Source: Planctomicrobium piriforme
GTDB lineage: Bacteria > Planctomycetota > Planctomycetia > Pirellulales > UBA1268
Length of the DNA: 64,000 nucleotides
Assembly: GCA_945869735.1 (NCBI GenBank)
Contig: CAMBPQ010000011.1
Coordinates: 1,023-65,022, forward strand
Direction of reading: 5' to 3'
Shown here: positions 44,985 through 54,093 of the stretch, one piece after another
Layout of the letters: the number at the start of each line of letters is the position of its first letter
How positions within the stretch are numbered: the first letter of the stretch is position 1
The notes under the pieces: model-generated
Databases searched by the model: none
Told to the model about the DNA's origin: nothing
The model's input: only the letters and a program-made list of their open reading frames with translations
Position numbers and translations under genes: made by a program

Positions 44985-46127
44985 TCAGTCCAGCCAGTCG
45001 GCTTCTTCGAGCCGTTCGGGGGTGTACGTGTCGGTGACGTAGCTGATGTCCTTCGAGATCAGCGACTCGACCTCGAGCTTGAAGCCGTTGGCGAGCATCA
45101 TCTCGATCTCTTTCTGCCACGCCTTCTTGCCGGCGAACCAGGGATAGGCGGCAATCTGTTTCGCCCGCTTGATGTCGGTGTCGTTGAGCTGGATCTGGAC
45201 GCTCGGGGAGAGTTTGCACCGCTGATAGTCGCGGGAACGGATGCCAAGGAACTTGGCCTCGGGGATCGCCATTCGCTTCGATTCGTAGGCCAGGTTGATC
45301 GAGCCCTGCTTGAGCACCGAGTAGATGTAGTAGCCCCAGGGATCGTTGTCGAGCAGACAGTAGACGGGCAACTTCAGCTCATTGTGGAGTCGGTGAAGCA
45401 TTCGCCGCACGCCCCGCGGCGGCTGGCCACCGCCATGGGTGAGCAGACAGTTGTGTTTCCGCCAGAACTTATCCTCGTTGAACCGCCGCCAGACCGTGTC
45501 TTTCTCGACGTGGAGAATGAACGTGGCGTCACAAGTCTTAAACTTCACCACATCGGCCTCGACGATCGAGGGTATCGAGTAGCCGCCGGAGCCCATCCGA
45601 GAGCAGTCGATCTCGTCGCCCGAGTCGATGAGCGTGATCGGGCCGACCATGCCGCCGCGGTTACTCGCATAGACGTGGAGTTCTTCGCGGAGGCTCTCCA
45701 GCGTGACCTCGAGGTCCTCAATGATCGGGTCGCACTCCTCCTGCGCGGTGAAGGTCTCCTCGCGGGTGCCCTCGATCGTGTGCTTGAGGAGGTAGTAAAG
45801 ACCTCGGATACTCGTGGTCTTCTGCTGGTCGAGCAATTGCTTGCAACCGGTGGCCACAAGCAGGGTCTGCATGTAGCTCTTGGCCTGCGAGAGATTGAAG
45901 AGCTGACGGCGGTTTGTCTGGCCGCCCATCTCGATGATTTTCTGCGACTTGTTAAAGCGGACATTCGAGAGGCTGCGGGTGGGGATGTCGAGGAAGGGAT
46001 CGCGGCGCTTCTCGGCGGCGGCCGCGACCTCGTCGGCGAGGCCCTCGATCAGCTTGAGCGTCTTGATGTCGACCGCAGGCAGTTTGCCGGCGGCGGCCTT
46101 CGCGGCGCGTTTCGACTTCGTGGCCAT
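44985..46127 (-). CDS. DNA topoisomerase VI subunit A / Spo11-like protein
   Basis: SIRGLYYLLKH is the region of the catalytic Tyr in the winged helix. The Toprim domain shows ILHVEKDTVW (Glu), LLTHGGGQPPRGVRRML and VYCLLDNDPWGYYIYSV (DxD). Downstream are GSINLAYES and EAKFLGIRSRD. The 380-aa length is typical of Top6A. Confidence 0.85.
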   Translation of the reverse strand: MATKSKRAAKAAAGKLPAVDIKTLKLIEGLADEVAAAAEKRRDPFLDIPTRSLSNVRFNKSQKIIEMGGQTNRRQLFNLSQAKSYMQTLLVATGCKQLLDQQKTTSIRGLYYLLKHTIEGTREETFTAQEECDPIIEDLEVTLESLREELHVYASNRGGMVGPITLIDSGDEIDCSRMGSGGYSIPSIVEADVVKFKTCDATFILHVEKDTVWRRFNEDKFWRKHNCLLTHGGGQPPRGVRRMLHRLHNELKLPVYCLLDNDPWGYYIYSVLKQGSINLAYESKRMAIPEAKFLGIRSRDYQRCKLSPSVQIQLNDTDIKRAKQIAAYPWFAGKKAWQKEIEMMLANGFKLEVESLISKDISYVTDTYTPERLEEADWLD

Positions 46128-46203
46128 GTCGGGTAAAGTAAGTTCAAAGGAAACCGGTGGAAAACGACCGGAATCCTACCTGCAATCACGGCCACCCGCA
46201 TCC

Positions 46204-46302
46204 ATGTCGAAATACACGCTCTCCTACGCACTCCTCGGACTATTGATCACCCTGGGGGTGTATCTCGTCTGCCGGCCCGCCCGCCGCTTCGATCCGGAAT
46301 GA
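46204..46302 (+). CDS. Possible 32-aa single-TM peptide
   Basis: MSKYTLSYALLGLLITLGVYLVCRPARRFDPE. The only support is an ORF plus a hydrophobic helix. Confidence 0.2.
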   Translation: MSKYTLSYALLGLLITLGVYLVCRPARRFDPE

Positions 46303-46320
46303 TCTGGTGGCGGGCCGTAT

Positions 46321-46352
46321 TCCCCGCGCTGGCGCTTGGGGCTTCCTGACGG
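46321..46352. repeat. Family-2 short repeat, copy b (core only)
   Basis: tccccgcgctggcgcttggggcttcctgacgg matches 29691-29722 and 60986-61016. Confidence 0.65.
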
Positions 46353-46359
46353 CTCGGCT

Positions 46360-47661
46360 CTAGCACCGCACGTCGTCGGCCTTGCCGACGGCTCGGCGGA
46401 TGAAGTGGGGCGAGGGAAGGCTGCCCGTGTTGGCCAGGACTTCCTGCCGCGGTTTCGCGATCGGGGCGGTTCGCGTGGTGGCGCTGAAGAACTCGGCGAT
46501 CCGCGCGACCACCGTTCGCTGCTCGGCCGAGTCGAGTTCCGGGAAGATCGGCAGGGCGAGCGTCTGCTCAGCGGCACGCTCCGTCTCTGGGAGATCGCCC
46601 TTGGCCCAGCCGAGGTGCGTGAAGCACTTTTGCAGGTGGAGCGGCACTGGGTAGTAGATCTCGGTGCCCACGCCGTGCTTAGCGAGGTGGGCACGGAGGG
46701 CGTCGCGGCTGTCGTCGAGCACGCGGATGACGAACTGGTTCCAGACGTGGCGGCCGCGGGGCTCGTCTCCGGGCACGGCGACCCGGCTAGCCAGATCGTA
46801 TTCGGAGAAAATCTCCTGGTAGCGGGCGGCGTTCATCTGCCGCGCCGTGGTCCAGGAGTCGAGGTGTGGCAACTTGACGCGGAGCACGGCCGCCTGGATC
46901 GAATCGAGGCGACTGTTGATGCCGATCACCTCGTGATAATAGCGGGGCTCCATGCCATGCACGCGGAGCAGGCGGAGCGACTTGGCGACATCGTCGCGGG
47001 TGGTGGTGAGGAATCCGCCGTCGCCCGCGCCGCCGAGGTTTTTGGTGGGATAGAAGCTGAAGCAGCCGACGTCTCCGAGGCTACCCGAGCAGCGGCCGTG
47101 CCACGTCGAGAGAATCGACTGCGCGGCGTCCTCCACGATTGGCAGACCGGCCTTCACGGCGATCGGCCCGATCGCATCCATGTCGGCGGTACGTCCGAAG
47201 AGGTGGACCGGCACAATCGCCCGCGTCCGGCTGCTGATCTTCTTCTCGATGTCGCGGGGGTCGACAAGGTAGGTCACGGGATCGATGTCGGCGAAGATCG
47301 GCACGGCGCCCAGGCGGGTGACGGCGCTGGCGGTTGCGAAAAAGGTGTAGCTCGGCACGATCACTTCGTCGCCGGTGCCGACGTCCAGGGCCATCAGCGC
47401 CAGGAGCAGCGCATCGCTGCCTGAGGCACACGAGATCACGTGGGGCACGCCGAGCGCCTTGGCGAGTTCGGCCTCGAGGTCGGCGACGTCGGGGCCGAGC
47501 ACGAATCTCCCCGAATCACAGACACGGTTGATCGCCTCGCGAATCTGCTCACGGAGGGCGGCGTATTGGCGATCGAGGGCCAACAGCGGCACGGCCGGCA
47601 GCAGGTCTCCAGTGGTCTGGTGTGTCGTGGTCGTGGCTGCTTCCGGGCTGCGGCGAATCAT
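46360..47661 (-). CDS. DegT/DnrJ/EryC1/StrS family aminotransferase
   Basis: FVLGPDVADLEAELA, SCASGSDALLLAL, FATASAV, FSFYPTKNLGGAGDGG and LPIFPEL. Confidence 0.85.
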   Translation of the reverse strand: MIRRSPEAATTTTHQTTGDLLPAVPLLALDRQYAALREQIREAINRVCDSGRFVLGPDVADLEAELAKALGVPHVISCASGSDALLLALMALDVGTGDEVIVPSYTFFATASAVTRLGAVPIFADIDPVTYLVDPRDIEKKISSRTRAIVPVHLFGRTADMDAIGPIAVKAGLPIVEDAAQSILSTWHGRCSGSLGDVGCFSFYPTKNLGGAGDGGFLTTTRDDVAKSLRLLRVHGMEPRYYHEVIGINSRLDSIQAAVLRVKLPHLDSWTTARQMNAARYQEIFSEYDLASRVAVPGDEPRGRHVWNQFVIRVLDDSRDALRAHLAKHGVGTEIYYPVPLHLQKCFTHLGWAKGDLPETERAAEQTLALPIFPELDSAEQRTVVARIAEFFSATTRTAPIAKPRQEVLANTGSLPSPHFIRRAVGKADDVRC

Positions 47662-47949
47662 GGTGCGGAGAACTCCGATGGGCCTGCTCTGAATGGGGGC
47701 AGATCGTGATACGTGCGAACGGATCGGCCAGCTGACACTCCCTGATCGTCACGATCGTGCAGGCCGCTCCAGTGGATTCCGCCGTTTCCACGACGGCGAA
47801 CGACGAGGCGGCCCTCGGGCCAGATCCCGCGCGACATGCGGGGAATAGGTCAGTTCGCGACAGCGGGTCAAGGGCATGCCAACCGCCGCACAGCCTGGGA
47901 AAAGACGGCAGACTGGGGGAAGGGCGGGGGAGGGGGTTACCGTGGCCGT

Positions 47950-47979
47950 TTGACATCGATCGGGCAGGCAACCTAGATT
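47950..47979 (+). promoter_or_regulatory. Candidate sigma70-type promoter upstream of tex
   Basis: TTGACA (47950-47955), an 18-nt spacer, then TAGATT (47974-47979), about 115 nt upstream of the tex ATG. This is a consensus match only. Confidence 0.3.
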
Positions 47980-48092
47980 CCATCTGATTTCCAAGTCCAT
48001 CGTTCTCCGCCCCCGTGCACGCGCGGGCGACGTGGACCGCGGAGGAGAGTTGCGCGGCCGGAGTGTTTGATCACCCTTGGTTCGCGAGTCGG

Positions 48093-50639
48093 ATGGCATC
48101 CACGGCGATTACTGCTGTCATCGACCTGGGAAAGATTGCCCAGCGGCTGGCGCTCCCCGTCGCGGGGGTGCAGTCGACGGTCGAACTGCTCGATGACGGC
48201 AACACGATTCCGTTCATCACGCGGTATCGCCGCGATCAGACTGGCGGTCTCGACGAGGAGGGCGTGCGCCGGATTGCGGAGTGCGTGACCCGTGCGCGGC
48301 AACTCGCCGACCGGAAGCAGACGATCCTCCGGACCATCCAAGGGCAGGGAAAACTGAGCCCGGAACTGGAGGCGGGGATCGCCACCGCAGAGAGCCTCAA
48401 GCAACTCGAGGATCTCTACCTGCCGTTCAAGGCCCGAAAACTCTCGTTGGCCGAGGTCGCCCGGCAGCGGAAGCTCGAGCCCCTGGCCCGCGAGATTCTG
48501 GCCACCGACCAAGCCGCCGCCGATCTCGACACCCGGGCGGCCGACTTCGTCGATGCCGACGCTCAGGTGCCCGCCGTCGCTGACGTGCTGCTCGGTGTCG
48601 GCCACATCATTGCCCACGAGTTCAGCGAACGTGCCGATGTCCGCCAGCGGCTTCGCGACATTCTCTACCGCGCGGCTCATCTCAAGAGTCAGCGGGTTGA
48701 GACGGCCGGTAAGGCGCTCTCGAAGGACGAGAAGCATTACCGCGACTATTTTGACTACGGCGAGCACATCCAGCGGGTGCCGCCCCACCGGCTGCTGGCG
48801 ATCAACCGCGGCGAACGCGCGCGGCTGCTGAAGGTGCGGGTCGAGGGGCCGGCGGCGGAGATGCAGGCCGCGGCCGAGGAACTGCTCGTGCCAGCGGGCC
48901 ACCCGCACGCTGATTTTCTCCGGGCCTGTGTCCGCGATTCACTCGCCCGGCTGATCCTCCCGAGCCTCGAACGCGAGGTCCGGCGGGAGATGACCGAGGT
49001 CTGCGAGTCGCACGCCGTGCAGGTCTTCGCCCGCAACCTCCGCAACCTGCTGCTCCAATCGCCGGTGCCAGGCCGCCGAGTGCTGGCCCTCGACCCGGGG
49101 TTCAAGAGCGGCTGTAAGGCGGTGGTGATCGACGAGTGCGGCACGCCACTGGAGCACGCGGTGCTCCACGTCGTCGGCAAGGACGAGAAGCGGGCAGCCT
49201 CGGCGCAGAAGATCCTGGAACTGGTGAAGAGCCACTCGTGCGGGGTGATCGCCGTCGGCAATGGCACCGCCGGCCGGGAGACTGAGACGCTCGTGGCCGA
49301 ACTGGTGACGGGTGAACTCGCGGAGTTCGACGTGGGCTATGCGATCGTCAACGAGGCCGGCGCAAGCGTCTACTCGACCAGCGCCTATGGCCGTGAGGAA
49401 CTCCCAACGCACGAGGCCTCGATTCGTGGTGCAATCTCGATCGGCCGCCGCTTGCAGGATCCGCTCTCAGAACTCGTGAAGATCGAGCCGGCGAACATCG
49501 GAGTGGGCCTCTATCAGCATGACGTCAAGGCGCGGCATCTCCATGCGTCGCTCGACCAGGTGGTGGAGAGCTGCGTGAACTACGTGGGCGTCGACGTCAA
49601 CACGGCCAGCCCGGCGCTCCTGCGGCGGGTGTCCGGCTTCAATCAGTCGACCGCAAAAAACTTCCACGAGTGGCGGACCAAGAACGGACCGTTCACCTCG
49701 AGGCAGCAGTTTCTCGAAGTGCCCGGCTTCGGCGAGGCGGCGTTCGTGCAGGCCGTCGGGTTTCTGAAGATCCCGGGAGGCACCAATCCGCTCGATGCGA
49801 CGTGGATCCACCCGGAAAGTTACCCAATAGCTGAGAAGGTGTTAGAGCGGCTCGGTGGCAGCCCGGCCGACCTTGCGAGCCAACAGGAGGCCAAGTCCCT
49901 CGCGGAAAAGGCGGCCGCGGTCGATCTTGTCGCCCTCTCCCACGAGCTTGGCGTGGGACGGCTCCTGCTGGCCGACATTCTCGAGCAACTGGCTCGCCCG
50001 GGCCGCGACCCCCGCGAGGATCTGCCAAAGCCGTTCTTCAAGAAGGGCGTGCTCAAACTCGAGGATCTGGCGGTGGGGATGGAACTGCTGGGCTCAGTGC
50101 TCAACGTGGTCGACTTCGGTGCGTTCGTCGACATCGGGCTTCACGACAGCGGGATGGTGCACATCAGCCAGTTGTCGAGCCAGTTCGTCCGCGACCCGCA
50201 TGACTTCGTTAGCGTCGGCCAGATCGTGCAGGTCTGGGTGCTGGAACTCGATAAGGCCCGTCGCCGGGTGGCGCTCACGATGATCCCGCCCGTCGAACGG
50301 GAGCGGCAGCAGCGCCGGGAGGATACCCGCAAGGAGCACAAGGCTCGGCGGGCCGAACAGCGGCAGTCCGCTCCCCCGGCGACCGGTGCACCGGCTGATG
50401 GGGGCGGTCGGCCCGCACGGCCGGCGAAGGGCGGAGGTCGTCCGCAACGGCGGGATCGGCCCCCGCGGGAGCCGGAACCCCGGACCTACGTGGCGGCTGG
50501 CCCGAAGAAGCCGGCGGCGCCGATCTCGAAAGCCATGCAGGAGGGCAAGGAGCCGCTCCGAACGTTTGGTGATCTCAAGCAGTTTCTTGAGAAAAAGAAC
50601 GACGCCGGGACCGACGAACACGTTGCCCCACCGTCTTGA
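48093..50639 (+). CDS. tex: Tex-like transcription accessory protein (YqgF + HhH + S1 domains)
   Basis: TIPFITRYRRDQTGGLDEE, LALDPGFKSGCKAVVIDE and IAVGNGTAGRET, with a C-terminal S1 domain GSVLNVVDFGAFVDIGLHDSGMVHISQL and a basic tail. Confidence 0.9.
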   Translation: MASTAITAVIDLGKIAQRLALPVAGVQSTVELLDDGNTIPFITRYRRDQTGGLDEEGVRRIAECVTRARQLADRKQTILRTIQGQGKLSPELEAGIATAESLKQLEDLYLPFKARKLSLAEVARQRKLEPLAREILATDQAAADLDTRAADFVDADAQVPAVADVLLGVGHIIAHEFSERADVRQRLRDILYRAAHLKSQRVETAGKALSKDEKHYRDYFDYGEHIQRVPPHRLLAINRGERARLLKVRVEGPAAEMQAAAEELLVPAGHPHADFLRACVRDSLARLILPSLEREVRREMTEVCESHAVQVFARNLRNLLLQSPVPGRRVLALDPGFKSGCKAVVIDECGTPLEHAVLHVVGKDEKRAASAQKILELVKSHSCGVIAVGNGTAGRETETLVAELVTGELAEFDVGYAIVNEAGASVYSTSAYGREELPTHEASIRGAISIGRRLQDPLSELVKIEPANIGVGLYQHDVKARHLHASLDQVVESCVNYVGVDVNTASPALLRRVSGFNQSTAKNFHEWRTKNGPFTSRQQFLEVPGFGEAAFVQAVGFLKIPGGTNPLDATWIHPESYPIAEKVLERLGGSPADLASQQEAKSLAEKAAAVDLVALSHELGVGRLLLADILEQLARPGRDPREDLPKPFFKKGVLKLEDLAVGMELLGSVLNVVDFGAFVDIGLHDSGMVHISQLSSQFVRDPHDFVSVGQIVQVWVLELDKARRRVALTMIPPVERERQQRREDTRKEHKARRAEQRQSAPPATGAPADGGGRPARPAKGGGRPQRRDRPPREPEPRTYVAAGPKKPAAPISKAMQEGKEPLRTFGDLKQFLEKKNDAGTDEHVAPPS

Positions 50640-50724
50640 TTCAGAATGCGGAACCGCATGAGCGGTGCGGCTGCGTCGAGGATGGTTCCGTCCCCACGGC
50701 TTGCGCCGTTGGGCTTCCTGGCAG

Positions 50725-50884
50725 ATAGAGCGCATCTGCCTGTGGTGGAGCGGAGAGATGGCACCCTGGAGGAGGGAGGCAAGGGGGTCGGCGAACGCTC
50801 GAGGAGCGTCGGGCCGCCGAGGCCCTCAGCGACGAGAGTTTTGCCGCTCCAAGCCGGTGATCCACCACAGTTGAATGCGCTCTC
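50725..50884 (+). repeat. Family-1 MITE-like repeat, copy C (forward)
   Basis: gatagagcgcatctgcctgtggtggagcgg...ggtcggcgaacgctcgaggagc...gacgagagttttgccgc...ccaccacagttgaatgcgctctc. It lies between tex and infA. Confidence 0.8.
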
Positions 50885-50902
50885 GCGGTCCGTTCCGGGA
50901 AA

Positions 50903-51124
50903 CTACCGCTCGCGGAACGTGATCCGCCCCTTGGTGAGGTCGTAGGGGGAAAGTTCGACCTTCACCTTGTCGCCGGGGACGATACGGATGAAGTTCTTCC
51001 GCATCCGACCGGCGACGTGGGCGTTGACGATATGCCCACCCGTGATCTGCACGCGAAACCGCGTGTTGGCAAGAGCCTGCGTGACGACGCCCTCGACCTC
51101 AAGTGCCTGTTCTTTTTCCGCCAT
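50903..51124 (-). CDS. infA: Translation initiation factor IF-1
   Basis: The 73-aa sequence [63 protein letters not shown] is diagnostic. Confidence 0.95.
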   Translation of the reverse strand: MAEKEQALEVEGVVTQALANTRFRVQITGGHIVNAHVAGRMRKNFIRIVPGDKVKVELSPYDLTKGRITFRER

Positions 51125-51193
51125 GGATATCCTTGGTGAACCGCTGGGAGAGCATCAACTGTAGCCCGCCGGGACCTCTCAGTCCAGCGGGCC

Positions 51194-52319
51194 TCACGCT
51201 TCGTCGTCGGCCGTGGGGGCCGATCCCGAGGCTTTCCAGCGGAGATAAGCGTTGAAGAAGCCGTCGAGATTGCCGTCGAGCACGCTCTGGAAGTTGCCGA
51301 CGTAGTGGCCCGTGCGCTGGTCCTTCACCCGTTGGTCGGGGTGGAGGAAGTAGTTGCGGATCTGTGATCCGAAGCCCGTCTTGGGCTGCTGCTTGTAGCG
51401 GGCGAGTTGCTCAGCCTCGCGTTTCTCCTCCTGAAGCCTCGCGATCCGAGCGCGGAGCATCTTGATGGCCGTGGCCCGGTTCTTGTGCTGACTCCGCTCG
51501 CTTTGGCACTGCACCACGATGCCCGTGGGGAAGTGCGTCATCCGAATCGCACTCGATGTCTTATTGACATGCTGACCGCCGGCACCGCTGGCGCGGAACA
51601 CGTCCTCGCGGATATCCTCGTCTTTGAGTTCGACCTCTGTGTCGTCATCGGCGATCTCGGGGGCCACATCGACCGCCGCGAAGCTTGTCTGCCGTTTGCC
51701 TTCAGCGTTGAAAGGACTGATGCGGACGAGCCGATGGATACCGGTTTCCCCTTTCAGGTAGCCGTAGGCCTGGGGGCCCTTGATGGCGACCGTGGCGCTC
51801 TGGATGCCGGCCACGGCGTCGTCTTGGCGGTCGAGCAGTTCAACCGAGTAGTCGTGCTTCGACGCCCAGGCCGAGTACATCCGCAGGAGCATCTCCGCCC
51901 AGTCGTTAGCGTCGGTGCCACCGTCACGGGCGTGGATCGAGACCAGGGCGTCGCAGGAGTCGTGCGCCCCGGAGAGGAGCGACGCGAGTTCCAACGCATC
52001 GACCATTTTCTCGAGACGGTCGGCCTCAGCGGCCAGTTCCGGCTCGAGCGAGACCTCCTCGCGGGCTAGGTCCTCGAGTGCCTCAAGGTCGGCACCGACA
52101 GCGAGTGCCTCTTCGAGCGGCTTGAGGATGGAATTGATTCCCTTGAGCTCGGCGACGGTGGCCTGGGCCTTCTCGGAGTTGTTCCAGAAGTCGCCCTCGC
52201 TCATCGCCCCTTCGAGTTTCTGGGCGGATTGCCTGCGTCCATCCCAGTCAAAGAGAGTCTCGAAGCTGGAGGAGGCGGGCCCGGATCGATGCAGAGCGAT
52301 TGAGAAGAGCAGTATCCAT
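51194..52319 (-). CDS. prfB: Peptide chain release factor 2, requiring a programmed +1 frameshift at CUU UGA C
   Basis: ORF0, MDTALLNRSASIRARLLQLRDSL, stops at the TGA at 52250-52248. Shifting +1 gives DWDGRRQSAQKLEGAMSEGDFWNN..., which continues into the 336-aa ORF with SGAGGQHVNKTSSAIR (GGQ) and an SPF-type region. Confidence 0.9.
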
Positions 52320-52387
52320 GCCTGAGAGTCTACGCGGTCTGAGTCCGCCGGAGAAGCCGGGGCTACCTTGCCTCGGCGACGGGTGGC

Positions 52388-53524
52388 CTACGCGCGTTCG
52401 ACCCGGTTACCTGGCAGCCGGCGGAGGATCCGCCGCATTTCCAGCACGCCGATCGTGGAGAGCACCTGCGACGCCGCCAGGCCGCTGGCGGCCATGAGTT
52501 CATTGATATCGACCGCGGCGTGATCCCCATGGGCGTCAACCGCCGCGAGCACCTGTTGCTCGACGTCGCCGAGCTGTAGCTCCGCCGGTGACTTTACCTC
52601 GCGGCCGTCGGCGGTGGTCGTCGTCTCGAAGAGCGGTCCGAGTTCCTCAAGGATGTCATCGATGCTCTCGACCAGTCGGGCCCCGTCACGGATGAGTTTG
52701 TGGCAGCCGCGGGCCATGCGGCAGTCGATCTGGCCCGGCACCGCGAAGACCTCGCGGCCCTGCTCGCCCGCCAGTCGCGCGGTGATCAGCGCCCCTGACC
52801 GATCAGCCGCCTCGACGACCACCGTGCCGAGCGACAGCCCCGATACGATCCGATTGCGCTGGGGAAATGCTCCGGCATGCGGCCCGGAAAAAGGTGGCGC
52901 TTCACTCACCAAGGCACCGTGGGCGATGACCTCCGTCGCGAGGTCGGCATGCTCGGGAGGGTACATAGTGAGCACGCCCGTGCCGAGCACCGCGATGGTC
53001 CGGCCGCCGGCGTCGATCGCACCGCGGTGAGCTGCAGCGTCAATGCCGCGGGCCAGCCCGCTGACGACGGTATAGCCGGCCCGCGCGAGGCCGCCGGCGA
53101 TCTGCCACGCTACCCGTTTGCCGTAGGGTGTGGCATGGCGAGCGCCGACGACTGAGACCGCGAGGGCATCGCACGGCTCGAAGCCGCCGCGAACGAAGAG
53201 CACTCCCGGTGGGTCGTCGATCCGCGAGAGCAGCGCCGGGTAGTTCTCCGCGCCCTCAATCAGCATGGCAACGCCACGGTTGCGGCAGATATCGATTACC
53301 TCCTCGGCCGTACGGTCGGCCACGAGCGCCGGGATCTTCGCCGCGAGCGTGGGCCCGATCCTGCCGACCGAGGCGATCTCCCGGGGACTCGCGGCGAACA
53401 CGGCCTGCGGCGAGCCGAACCGTTCCAAGAGCATGTGTCGAAGCCTCCCGCCGATCCCCGGCACGCACGATAGCCGGACGTGGGCAAGAAAGTCATCGTC
53501 GATCGCCGGGCTAGAGGCAGGCAT
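52388..53524 (-). CDS. dprA: DNA-processing protein DprA/Smf
   Basis: GARHATPYGKRVA, VVSGLARGIDAAAHRGA, FPQRNRIVSGLS and a C-terminal winged-helix-like tail. Confidence 0.85.
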   Translation of the reverse strand: MPASSPAIDDDFLAHVRLSCVPGIGGRLRHMLLERFGSPQAVFAASPREIASVGRIGPTLAAKIPALVADRTAEEVIDICRNRGVAMLIEGAENYPALLSRIDDPPGVLFVRGGFEPCDALAVSVVGARHATPYGKRVAWQIAGGLARAGYTVVSGLARGIDAAAHRGAIDAGGRTIAVLGTGVLTMYPPEHADLATEVIAHGALVSEAPPFSGPHAGAFPQRNRIVSGLSLGTVVVEAADRSGALITARLAGEQGREVFAVPGQIDCRMARGCHKLIRDGARLVESIDDILEELGPLFETTTTADGREVKSPAELQLGDVEQQVLAAVDAHGDHAAVDINELMAASGLAASQVLSTIGVLEMRRILRRLPGNRVERA

Positions 53525-53663
53525 CGGTGGGCTCCGGTGGCATCATGGACAGAACGTGTACAGATGTTCCGTTGTATGCGATCGGGACGCGGCCGTCAAA
53601 ACGGCCTCCCTGCAGAGCGTGCGGAGGCCAAGAATGGCTCTATCCGCGAGCGGCACGGGCCAC

Positions 53664-54059
53664 TCAGCCCGCAGCCATCTTCAGCTCTGCCAGATGCTGG
53701 GCCGTGTTCACGAGGCGGTCCCAGTTTTGCTCGACGTATTCCGGCGGGCCGCCAATCTGGGCCACCACCTCGGCCACCTGCTCCGTGGGGACCATCTCGA
53801 TCGCGTCCCAGGGGCAGACCTTGAGGTCGTAGGGATTCGACTTCTTTCCCGGGATGTGCACGCACACCTCACAGCCCACGCACCGCTCGATGTCTATCTC
53901 GCACCAGCTCTGCAGGTTTTGAAACTTGTCGTACTGCTGGAGCTTGATGATGCAGTCGACAGGACAGACCTCGAGGCACGACTCGCACCCGGTGCAGTTG
54001 TCGGCGTTGATGACCGCGAGTTCCTTGGGAAGCTTCTTGCGGGGTCCTGCTTTGGCCAT
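53664..54059 (-). CDS. 4Fe-4S dicluster ferredoxin-domain protein
   Basis: CTGCESCLEVCP and CVGCEVCVHIP cluster motifs. Confidence 0.75.
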   Translation of the reverse strand: MAKAGPRKKLPKELAVINADNCTGCESCLEVCPVDCIIKLQQYDKFQNLQSWCEIDIERCVGCEVCVHIPGKKSNPYDLKVCPWDAIEMVPTEQVAEVVAQIGGPPEYVEQNWDRLVNTAQHLAELKMAAG

Positions 54060-54093
54060 GATGAATATGATCGGAAGGGTGGGGCGGAGATCT

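Noticed and set aside
44685-46136. 483-aa + strand ORF opposite the Top6A gene
   Set aside because: The opposite strand carries an unmistakable Top6A/Spo11 motif set. The + frame translation is low-complexity (L/V/D/R/G) and starts inside the structured spacer.
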